Part shown: positions 1 through 7,614 of the stretch, piece after piece
Position numbering within the stretch: the first letter of the stretch is position 1
Layout of the letters: every line of letters starts with the position of its first letter
NCBI GenBank assembly: GCA_032128115.1
Contig: JAQBHB010000100.1
Location: 1 to 32,468 of the forward strand
Source: Deltaproteobacteria bacterium
Lineage (GTDB): Bacteria; Myxococcota_A; UBA9160; SMWR01
DNA length: 32,468 nucleotides
Reading direction: 5' to 3'
Notes under the pieces: generated by a model
Seen by the model: only the letters and a program-made list of their open reading frames with translations
Told to the model about the DNA's origin: nothing
Databases searched by the model: none
Position numbers and translations under genes: made by a program

Positions 1-110
1 TCTACGACACCTACGAAGAGCGCATCAAGGAGCTACGCGATTGGGCACGGCTGCGGGCCCGGCCGGCATCGCTGGATGCCAAGCTGGTGAACCTCTTCTC
101 CGACGCCTGA
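1..110 (+). CDS. 3' end of an AAA ATPase, Ycf46-like (partial)
   Basis: Frame from base 3 reads YDTYEERIKELRDWARLRARPASLDAKLVNLFSDA*, with TGA at 108-110. The EERIKELRDWARxRARPAS segment matches the C-terminal signature of Ycf46-type AAA proteins as I recall it. Confidence 0.7.
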   Translation, partial: YDTYEERIKELRDWARLRARPASLDAKLVNLFSDA

Positions 111-113
111 AAA

Positions 114-138
114 CGGCGGGCCGTGAGAGCCCCCGCCG
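114..138. terminator. GC stem-loop between the two AAA genes
   Basis: Arms cggcggg (114-120) and cccgccg (132-138). The A-run lies on the upstream side, so a U-tract exists only on the minus strand. Confidence 0.3.
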
Positions 139-163
139 GTCGCTGGGGTAGACTCAGCGGAGC

Positions 164-1093
164 GTGGAAGACCTGAGTATCCGCAAAGAACGCGCCCAGA
201 ACCTGTGGGCCAGCTTCGCCCGCAAGATCGATCCGATCGCCCAGGCCACCACGCTCGAGCCGCTTCCCGACTTCGCCTTCGACCGCATCGGCGGACTGGC
301 CGGCCCCAAGGAAGAGATCCTCACCTACGCCTGCGCCGCCACCAGCCCCGAGGTGTACCGCCACTGGGGCACGATGCCGCCGACCGGTCTGCTCCTGATC
401 GGATCCCGCGGTGTCGGAAAGACCCAGCTGGCGCGCGCCCTGGCCAGCCAGACCCAGACGTCCTTCCTGAGCATCGAGGTGCCGCGGCTGGTCATCGAAG
501 TGATCCACCGCGGCGGCAAGGTGGGCGAGTTGGTGACGGGCTGGTCGCAGACCCTGGCGGAAATGCCGCCGCTCACGGCGTTTTTCGACGAGCTGGAATT
601 CTCCCAGGCCCAGGAGATCGGCGCCCACCGCCCCGACCTGCCGGTGGGACCGGTGATGGACTTCCTGCTCGACCTGGTGGACCGCACGATCGCCGCTGAA
701 AAATGCCTGGTGGTGGGCTCCACCAGCCACCCGGACAGCTTGCGTCAGGCCTTCTTCCAGCCGGGTCGCTTCGAACGCATCGTCGAGGTGACTCCCGTGT
801 TCCCCAACGACGTCGTGGAGGCGCTAGCGATCCACGCCGCGGATTCGGAGAAACTGGCCGGCCAGCCGTTGTTCGAAGACGTGGATTGGCACGAAGTGGT
901 CGGTCGCACCCGAGAGCCCTCCATCGGGGACTGGGTCCGGATCATGCACGCGGTGCTGCGCCGCAAGGCGCGTTGCGAGGCCGCCGGCGAGTCCACTGAC
1001 CGGGTCAGGACCCAGGACCTCCTGGACGAGGTGCAGCGCTTCAAGCAGGCGCACCAGCGGCTCAGCATGCCGGGCGCCGGAAACTACGTGTAG
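164..1093 (+). CDS. Single-module AAA+ ATPase, classic clade (PAN/ARC/CDC48-like), partly degenerate
   Basis: FDRIGGL N-linker, PPTGLLLIG plus Walker A GSRGVGKT, Walker B FFDELE, SRH-like QPGRFER. GTG start. C-terminus GNYV. Confidence 0.85.
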   Translation: MEDLSIRKERAQNLWASFARKIDPIAQATTLEPLPDFAFDRIGGLAGPKEEILTYACAATSPEVYRHWGTMPPTGLLLIGSRGVGKTQLARALASQTQTSFLSIEVPRLVIEVIHRGGKVGELVTGWSQTLAEMPPLTAFFDELEFSQAQEIGAHRPDLPVGPVMDFLLDLVDRTIAAEKCLVVGSTSHPDSLRQAFFQPGRFERIVEVTPVFPNDVVEALAIHAADSEKLAGQPLFEDVDWHEVVGRTREPSIGDWVRIMHAVLRRKARCEAAGESTDRVRTQDLLDEVQRFKQAHQRLSMPGAGNYV

Positions 1094-1095
1094 CC

Positions 1096-2187
1096 GTGGA
1101 TTCCTGGATCGTCACCGGTGGCGCCGGCTTCATCGGCTCCAACTTCGTGCGGATGGCACTCGACCGAGCCGACGTCCGCGTGGTCGTGGTGGACAAGCTC
1201 ACCTACGCGGGAAACCTGCTGAGCCTGGCCGACGCCACCCAGGATTCGCGCTTCCACTTCGTCGAGGCCGACATTGCCGATCGCGGCGCCGTCGAGCAGA
1301 TCTTCCGCGAACACCGACCCCTCGCGGTGCTCAATTTCGCGGCCGAAACCCACGTGGACCGCTCCATCGACCGCCCGGCGGACTTCATCCGGACCAACGT
1401 GGTGGGAACCTTCGAACTGCTGGAGGCATCGAGACACTACCTGGCACGCATCGAGCCGGCGCGCCGGGAACGCTTCCGATTCCTCCACGTTTCCACCGAC
1501 GAGGTGTACGGATCGCTTGGCACCACCGGAGCATTCTCCGAGGTGACGCCCTACGAGCCCAACTCGCCCTATTCGGCATCCAAGGCCGGCGCCGACCACA
1601 TCGTGCGGGCGTATTTCGCCACCTTCGGGCTGCCGACCCTGATCACCAATTGCTCCAACAACTACGGTCCCTACCAGTTTCCCGAGAAACTGATCCCCCT
1701 GATGATCCTGAACGCCGTGGAGGGCGTGGAGCTTCCCATCTACGGAGACGGAGGCAACGTCCGCGACTGGCTGTTCGTGGGCGACCACTGCGAGGCCATC
1801 TTCCAGGTGCTGCAGCGCGGACGCCTGGGCGAGAAGTACAACATCGGCGGCGGCAGTGAGCGCAGCAACCTGGAACTGGTGGACCTGCTGTGCGCGCACC
1901 TGGAGAAACAGCGACCGGCCGCCAGCAATCCGGCGCTCGCGTCGGCGCGCATCCGGCGGTACGAATCGCTCAAGACCTTCGTGCCCGACCGTCCGGGTCA
2001 CGACCGACGCTACGCCATCGACTCCAGCAAGATCCGCCAGGAGCTGGGCTGGCGCCCGGCCCACGATCTCGACACGGGGATCGCGGCCACGGTTCGCTGG
2101 TACCTGGAGCACCGGGAGTGGTGCGATGCGGTGCAGTCGGGAACCTATCGCCGGGAGCGACTTGGCCTGGGAGCGGAAACCGGGTAG
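1096..2187 (+). CDS. rfbB: dTDP-glucose 4,6-dehydratase
   Basis: TGGAGFIGSN, DKLTYAGN, FAAETHVDRSI, STDEVYG, YSASK, NNYGPYQFPEKLIP, DRPGHDRRYAID. Confidence 0.97.
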   Translation: MDSWIVTGGAGFIGSNFVRMALDRADVRVVVVDKLTYAGNLLSLADATQDSRFHFVEADIADRGAVEQIFREHRPLAVLNFAAETHVDRSIDRPADFIRTNVVGTFELLEASRHYLARIEPARRERFRFLHVSTDEVYGSLGTTGAFSEVTPYEPNSPYSASKAGADHIVRAYFATFGLPTLITNCSNNYGPYQFPEKLIPLMILNAVEGVELPIYGDGGNVRDWLFVGDHCEAIFQVLQRGRLGEKYNIGGGSERSNLELVDLLCAHLEKQRPAASNPALASARIRRYESLKTFVPDRPGHDRRYAIDSSKIRQELGWRPAHDLDTGIAATVRWYLEHREWCDAVQSGTYRRERLGLGAETG

Positions 2188-3568
2188 CTCGCTTCGCCGC
2201 CTGGGGGCCCTGACCCTGGCCGCGGGCCTGCTCGCGGCCTGCGATGGCGGTGCGGCGAGCCACGTGCTGTTGATCACGGTGGACAGCCTGCGCGCCGACC
2301 ACCTGGGCGCGTATGGCTACGCGCGCGATACCAGCCCGCGCATGGACGCGCTGGCGCGCGACGGAACCCTGTTCGAACGCGCGCTGAGTTCCACGAACTG
2401 GACGCTTCCCGCCAGCGCGGCGCTGCTCACCGGGCTGGCCGACTCGCTTCACGGGGTGCAGGATGCCAACCGCGCCCTGGCCCCGGGCATCCCCACCCTG
2501 GCCGAGATCCTTCGCAACGCGGGCTTCGCCACCGGTGCCGTGGTGAGCGGACCGCTGCTGCACCCGCAGTTCGGCCTGAACCGCGGCTTCGACGACTACC
2601 TGAACTGCATGAGCTATCTGGACGACGACTTCGCGCCGCGCCCGGACACCGGACCTGACCTGAACCGCCAGAGCCACGCAGACGTGACGGGCCCCTGCGT
2701 GGTGCGGCGGGCCCGGGAGTGGCTCGCGGCGCACGCGAGCGGGCCCGCCTTCCTGTGGCTCCACTTCTGGGACGTGCACTACGACTACCAGCCCCCTCCG
2801 GGCTACGCCGAGCGATTCGACCCGGACTACCGCGGCGAGCTCGACGCCTCGGGCTTTGCCCACAATCCGGAAATCCGGCCCGACATGGATCCCCGCGACC
2901 GGACCCACCTGGGGGCGCTCTACGACGGTGAAATCGCCTACACGGATGAGCGTGTGGGTGAGGTGCTCGACGCCCTGGATGGTCTCGGGCTGACGCGCGA
3001 CACACTGGTGGTGCTCACGGCCGACCACGGCGAGGCCTTCTTCGAGCACGGCCACAAGGGGCATCGCAACGGACTGCACGCCGAAGAAGTGCGCATCCCC
3101 CTGATTCTGCGCGGACCGGGCGTCCCCGTCGGGGTGAGACGGCCGGGCCCAGCCCACCTCACCGACGTGGCCCCCACGGTGCTGGCGCTGGCCCTCGGCC
3201 AACCGCGGCCGCCCCCCGGCCCGGGCGAGGGACGGGACCTTCGGCCGGCCCTGGCAGACGCTTCCGCCCTGGAGGGCCGCTGGGTCCTCTCCGAGCTTTC
3301 CGTGGCGTCGCGCCAGCAGTGGGCGCTCGAAAGCCTGGGCGACAAGGTTCTGCGCGACGAGCCGTCCGGCATCACCCGGTTGTTCGATCTGGTTGCCGAC
3401 CCAGGCGAGCAGGCGGGCCGGCCCGCGCCCTCCCCGGCCAGCCAGCGCCTCGAGGCGCTGCGCGCGCAGCTCGCAGTACGGCGCCGCGGCCTGCCGGCGC
3501 CGATGCCCCTGCACAAGCGTCCCGCAGAGCTCGAAGCGCAGTTGCGAAGTCTGGGTTACGTGCGCTGA
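2162..3568 (+). CDS. Sulfatase-like (alkaline phosphatase superfamily) lipoprotein
   Basis: LLITVDSLRADHL, WTLPASAALLTG, HFWDVHYDY, YDGEIAY, TADHGE, LFDLVADPGE, LRSLGY end. Lipobox LAAC. Start uncertain; in-frame TTG at 2162 chosen because the longer ORF overlaps rfbB extensively. Confidence 0.85.
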   Translation: MAWERKPGSSLRRLGALTLAAGLLAACDGGAASHVLLITVDSLRADHLGAYGYARDTSPRMDALARDGTLFERALSSTNWTLPASAALLTGLADSLHGVQDANRALAPGIPTLAEILRNAGFATGAVVSGPLLHPQFGLNRGFDDYLNCMSYLDDDFAPRPDTGPDLNRQSHADVTGPCVVRRAREWLAAHASGPAFLWLHFWDVHYDYQPPPGYAERFDPDYRGELDASGFAHNPEIRPDMDPRDRTHLGALYDGEIAYTDERVGEVLDALDGLGLTRDTLVVLTADHGEAFFEHGHKGHRNGLHAEEVRIPLILRGPGVPVGVRRPGPAHLTDVAPTVLALALGQPRPPPGPGEGRDLRPALADASALEGRWVLSELSVASRQQWALESLGDKVLRDEPSGITRLFDLVADPGEQAGRPAPSPASQRLEALRAQLAVRRRGLPAPMPLHKRPAELEAQLRSLGYVR

Positions 3569-3575
3569 ACCGGAA

Positions 3576-3606
3576 GTCCCGGATTCGGGACATCCTGGAT
3601 TCGGGA
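3576..3606. repeat. Two near-identical 14-bp quasi-palindromic direct repeats
   Basis: tcccggattcggga (3577-3590) and tcctggattcggga (3593-3606). The first extends to the hairpin gtcccg-gatt-cgggac. Confidence 0.6.
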
Positions 3607-3827
3607 ATCGGGGGGCCAGCCCCTCGGCCCGATTGCGTTGCCGCGGCCCTGCGCGTGCCCGATTTCGCCAGCGGACCCGCACATGCCCCGTGGCGGCTGC
3701 TCACGCGAGCAGCCGCGGGCGGGGGGCAGGCCATCTGCAGCCTGCGCACCGGCTTCCGGCGCGCTTCCGGCCCGCATCCCATCCGGGAGACGCCAGGGAT
3801 GCTCTCATGAAATCGGCAACTCAGCCA

Positions 3828-3840
3828 TAACTTGCTGATT
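3828..3840 (-). promoter_or_regulatory. Putative IHF binding site
   Basis: Minus strand reads AATCAGCAAGTTA, matching WATCAR-N4-TTR, in an AT-rich patch about 30 bp upstream of a sigma54-type -24 box. Confidence 0.6.
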
Positions 3841-3849
3841 TTACTTTTC

Positions 3850-3867
3850 TATTTTGGCGCCAAAATA
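3850..3867. promoter_or_regulatory. Perfect 18-bp palindrome (operator-like)
   Basis: TATTTTGGCGCCAAAATA is its own reverse complement. Confidence 0.6.
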
Positions 3868-3869
3868 TT

Positions 3870-3885
3870 TGGCACGGGACTTGAA
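3870..3885 (+). promoter_or_regulatory. Putative sigma54 (-24/-12) promoter
   Basis: TGGCAC-GGGAC-TTGAA has the exact consensus spacing, with GA instead of GC at -12. It lies 40 bp before the ATG at 3926. Confidence 0.65.
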
Positions 3886-3925
3886 GTGGACCCCCCCAGG
3901 ATCTTCCCGAAAGGCCCCCCCCGGA

Positions 3926-5056
3926 ATGCGAAGTGCGCGAACGGTCCTGTTCGTCGATGACGAGGTCAACATCCTGAAAGCGCTGCAGCGCATGCTGCGC
4001 AACGAAGACATGAAGGTGCTCACTGCGTCGCGCGGCGACGAGGCCCTGGGTGTGCTGGAGCGCCAACCGGCCCAGGTGGTGGTGACCGACCAGCGCATGC
4101 CCGAGATGTCGGGGGTCGATCTCCTGAGCGCCGTGCGCCAGCGCTGGCCCGAGACGGTGCGCATGATGCTCACCGGCTACACCGAGATGGACGTGGCGGT
4201 AGAGGCCATCAACCGGGGCGAGATCTACCGGTTGATCACCAAGCCGTGGAACGACGACGAGTTGCGGGCGACCTTGCGCCAGGCCTTCGACCACCACTCG
4301 CTCAAGAACGAAATCAAGCGCCTCAGCCAGGTCACCCGGGAGCAGAACTTCAAGCTCCAGGACATGAACCGGAACCTGGAAGAGAACGTCCGCGAGCGCA
4401 CCAAGCAGCTGGCCAGCAAGCACGGCGAGCTGCGGGCCGCCTACGTACAAACCGTCGGCGCCCTGGCGGAGGCCGTGGACGCCAAGGACGCCTACACCCG
4501 CGGTCACTCCGAGCGGGTGGGGGTCTACTCCTCGAAGCTCGCGCGCGAGATGGGCTTCGCCAAGGACTTCATCGAGCGCGTCTACATCTCGGGGCTGCTG
4601 CACGACGTGGGCAAGATCGGTGTGAGCGATGCGGTGATCCGCAAGCCTGGCCGGCTGGATCCGGAGGAGTACGAAGAGATCCAGCAGCATCCGGAGATCG
4701 GTGCGCGCATCCTGGAGCCAGTCGAGTTCCTGAAGGATGTGGTGCCTTGCGTGCGCCATCACCACGAGTGGTTCGACGGAAGCAGCCGTGGCTACCCGGA
4801 TCGACTAGCCGGCGATCGCATCCCGCTGCCGTCTCGCATCATCCTGGTGTGCGACACGGTCGAGGCGATGACCAGTGACCGGCCGTACCGCAAGGCCCTG
4901 CCCCTGGAGGTGGTGTTCTGCGAGCTCACAAAGTATTCGGGAAGCCAGTTCGACCCCACGTGTGTGGACGCCTTCCTGCGCCTGTTGGAGCGGGAGGGCC
5001 CCGATTTCATCCGGAACGACCAGAAGTTCGATATCTACGAGTTCATCGAGAGCTGA
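3926..5056 (+). CDS. Response regulator with HD-GYP domain (cyclic di-GMP phosphodiesterase, RpfG-like)
   Basis: REC domain (FVDDE, VTDQRMP, LTG, KPW), coiled-coil linker, YTRGHSERV, HDVGKIG, HHEWFDGSSRGYP, RPYRKAL. Confidence 0.93.
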   Translation: MRSARTVLFVDDEVNILKALQRMLRNEDMKVLTASRGDEALGVLERQPAQVVVTDQRMPEMSGVDLLSAVRQRWPETVRMMLTGYTEMDVAVEAINRGEIYRLITKPWNDDELRATLRQAFDHHSLKNEIKRLSQVTREQNFKLQDMNRNLEENVRERTKQLASKHGELRAAYVQTVGALAEAVDAKDAYTRGHSERVGVYSSKLAREMGFAKDFIERVYISGLLHDVGKIGVSDAVIRKPGRLDPEEYEEIQQHPEIGARILEPVEFLKDVVPCVRHHHEWFDGSSRGYPDRLAGDRIPLPSRIILVCDTVEAMTSDRPYRKALPLEVVFCELTKYSGSQFDPTCVDAFLRLLEREGPDFIRNDQKFDIYEFIES

Positions 5057-5058
5057 CG

Positions 5059-6066
5059 TTGACACAAGAAGACCCGATCCCGGAACCCGAGGCGTCGGAG
5101 CTGGCGTTCGATCCCGAGGCCGTCCTGCTCCACGAGCTGGGGGCGCTGTTGGAGCCCTCGTTCCTGAGCGTGCTTCACCACGAACTGATCACCGATCTGG
5201 GAGCCGAGGCCGCGCCGCTGGCGCTGGTGCAGATCGGGTTCCTCCACGGCCTGCGCGACGCCCTGCGGGTGGTGCGACACTCCTTCGGCCCCGGGCGCTA
5301 CGAGAACGGCGAGCAGGCCGCACCCGCCCTGCCCCTGCAGTTCCGGGCCCAGCCCGACTCCGGCGACGGAGAAGGCCTCGAGCTGCGGGGAACCTGGCAA
5401 TCCGACCCCCTCGTGGGGGCAAGGGTCGCAGCGGGAGGCCTGCAGGAACCCGGCTGTGCCATGAGAGCCGGCTACACCTCCGGCTGGCTGACGGGGACCC
5501 TGGACCGGGAGATGCTGGCCGTGGAAAGCCCCTGCCGCGCCGGAAAAGCTGGGAGCTGCGGTTTCGTGGCGCGCGAGGCGAGCGCCTGGCGCGCCGCCCG
5601 CGACGCGAGCGCGGTGGCCACCCTGGACGCCCTGCCCACCGAGGCGTTCCGACGCATGGCGCACGACGATCTGAGCTTCTCGACCCCCGAGCCCGGCGGC
5701 TTCGATCCCGAGGCGGCGGTCGTCCACATCTGGGGCCCCGTCATGGTGATTCCCTACGCGGGGCCCGATGAGGCCCTCCAGGCGCTGGATCTGATCGGCC
5801 ACGACCCGGGAGCCCGCGAAGTCTCGGTAGTGGTGCTCGACCTGACCGGCGCGATCGTCGACCCGGCCTTCGGAGCCGTGGCCCTGGAGCGGATCGTGGA
5901 GACGGCCGAGTCGTGGGGCGCCGAGACCATCTTTGCGGGTGTATCCCCCCTGTCGCAAGCCGTGGTGGACGACCTGGAGCGAAAGCCCCTGTTCATCCAC
6001 AAGGACGTGGCGCAGGCCATCGCCTCGGCCTTCCAGATCTCCGATGCCCGACGGCGGCAGGTGTAG
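5059..6066 (+). CDS. V4R domain + STAS domain protein (RsbR-like sensor)
   Basis: V4R pattern C-AMRAGYTSGWL...VESPC-x7-CGF. C-terminal STAS-like region VVHIWGPVMVIP...VVVLDLTG...GAETIFAGVSP. TTG start 2 nt after the previous stop. Confidence 0.75.
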   Translation: MTQEDPIPEPEASELAFDPEAVLLHELGALLEPSFLSVLHHELITDLGAEAAPLALVQIGFLHGLRDALRVVRHSFGPGRYENGEQAAPALPLQFRAQPDSGDGEGLELRGTWQSDPLVGARVAAGGLQEPGCAMRAGYTSGWLTGTLDREMLAVESPCRAGKAGSCGFVAREASAWRAARDASAVATLDALPTEAFRRMAHDDLSFSTPEPGGFDPEAAVVHIWGPVMVIPYAGPDEALQALDLIGHDPGAREVSVVVLDLTGAIVDPAFGAVALERIVETAESWGAETIFAGVSPLSQAVVDDLERKPLFIHKDVAQAIASAFQISDARRRQV

Positions 6067-6102
6067 CTCGGGTCAGGTCGGAGCGGCGGCTATCCGAACA
6101 CC

Positions 6103-7608
6103 ATGGGGATGGGAAGCACTTCAGAAACCGGCAACTTTGGCCAGCAAAGCCTACCGGCCCTGCTGGCCCAGCTGCACCGGGACCGCTTCAGCGGCCGGCT
6201 GAGCATCACCCAGGCCCGCCAGCAGAAATCCTTCGTGTTCCAGGAGGGCATGCCCGTATTCGCCGAGTCGAACCGCCGCAGCGGCGGGCTCGGCCTGCTG
6301 CTGCTGGAATCGGGGAAGATCTCCGAAAGCGACCATTCCCGACTCCAGGACTTCGTGAAGCGGGAGAAGGTCAAGGAGGCCACGGCCCTCCTGGCCCTGG
6401 AGCTGATCGACCCCAAGGCCCTGATGGCGGCGCTGCGCCAACAGGTTCACGATCACATGGTGGACTGCTTCGCCTGGGTGGCTGGTGAGTTCAGCCTCGA
6501 CCGGGACGAGAAGCCGCCCGAAGGTGCGCAGATGCTCCGGCCCGACCTGTACGCCATGCTCCAAGAAGGGGTCGAGACCCACTGGAGTGTGGATCAGGTG
6601 CTGACCGACCTGGGCCCGAACATGAACCGTTATCCGGCGCCCAATCCAGACTTCGAGCGCGTCAAATCCCAGCTGCGCACGGACGAAGCCACCTGCGCCT
6701 GCCTTCACGGCATCGATGGTACTCGCCAGCTCTGGCAGGCCCTGCAGGCGGCCAGCACCCCGCGGGCCATGGCCGCCGCCTGGGTCGTGAACGCCGTGGC
6801 GGCCGTCGATTACTCCGATGAGCCCGTGGCCGCTCCCGAAGACGGGAACGTCGAGCAGGGACCCCGGATCGAGATCGTGGTGGAGACGAGCGACAAGCCG
6901 GCTGCCGCCGCGACACCGGCCGTGGCGGTGTCCAGCGAGAAGAAACCGGGGGCCTCGCCGCCGGAAAACGACGCCAACGTCGACCTCGTCCAGAAGATCC
7001 GCACGCAGTTCGAGAACCTGTCCGCCCTGGACCACTACGAGCTGCTTGGCATCGAGGCCAATGCGAATCGGAGCGACGTCAAGCGCGCCTATCTGGTGGC
7101 GGCCAAGACCTACCACCCGGACGCGCTCACCCGCTCCGGGGTGAGCCGCGAGGTGAAGGAACTGGCCAGCAAGGTGTTCGCCGAGATCGGCAAGGCCCAC
7201 AGCGTGCTCTCGGATCCGCGCAAGCGAAAAAACTACGATGCGGATCTGCGCGACGGCGGCGGCACCATCGACGCGGACCGGCTCGCGAGCGCCGAGATGA
7301 GTTACCGCAAGGGCGCGATCCTGCTCCGCTCGGGAAACTTCAAGCGCGCGATCGAGTTCCTGGCTCTGGCGGTAGAGGCGTGGCCGGACGAAGGCGCCTA
7401 TCGGGGAGCACTGGGATGGGCCCTCTTCAAGAAGGCGCCGCCCGAGCCGGAAGCGGCGCTGCGGCATCTGCAGGCCGCCGTGGAACTGTCGCCCAAGGAC
7501 GCGGAAAACTGGTACCGCCTGAGCCTGGTGCTCCGGGAGACCGGCGATACGAAGACCGCAGACGGCGCCCTGCAGTACGCCCGGCGCCTCGACCCGGACG
7601 TCGGGTAG
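6103..7608 (+). CDS. DUF4388/PATAN-like + DnaJ (J) domain + TPR protein
   Basis: N-terminal SLPALLAQLHRDRFSGRL...FQEGMPVFAESN. J domain DHYELLG...YHPD (HPD at 7114-7122)...AHSVLSDPRKRKNYD. About three C-terminal TPR repeats. Confidence 0.85.
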   Translation: MGMGSTSETGNFGQQSLPALLAQLHRDRFSGRLSITQARQQKSFVFQEGMPVFAESNRRSGGLGLLLLESGKISESDHSRLQDFVKREKVKEATALLALELIDPKALMAALRQQVHDHMVDCFAWVAGEFSLDRDEKPPEGAQMLRPDLYAMLQEGVETHWSVDQVLTDLGPNMNRYPAPNPDFERVKSQLRTDEATCACLHGIDGTRQLWQALQAASTPRAMAAAWVVNAVAAVDYSDEPVAAPEDGNVEQGPRIEIVVETSDKPAAAATPAVAVSSEKKPGASPPENDANVDLVQKIRTQFENLSALDHYELLGIEANANRSDVKRAYLVAAKTYHPDALTRSGVSREVKELASKVFAEIGKAHSVLSDPRKRKNYDADLRDGGGTIDADRLASAEMSYRKGAILLRSGNFKRAIEFLALAVEAWPDEGAYRGALGWALFKKAPPEPEAALRHLQAAVELSPKDAENWYRLSLVLRETGDTKTADGALQYARRLDPDVG

Positions 7609-7614
7609 TTCGCT

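Noticed and set aside
3569..3838. Small ORFs or an ncRNA/riboswitch in the 357-bp gap before the HD-GYP gene
   Set aside because: The ORFs lack RBS and motifs, and I could not recognise a c-di-GMP riboswitch or other structured RNA by eye. An Rfam/Infernal scan would be needed.
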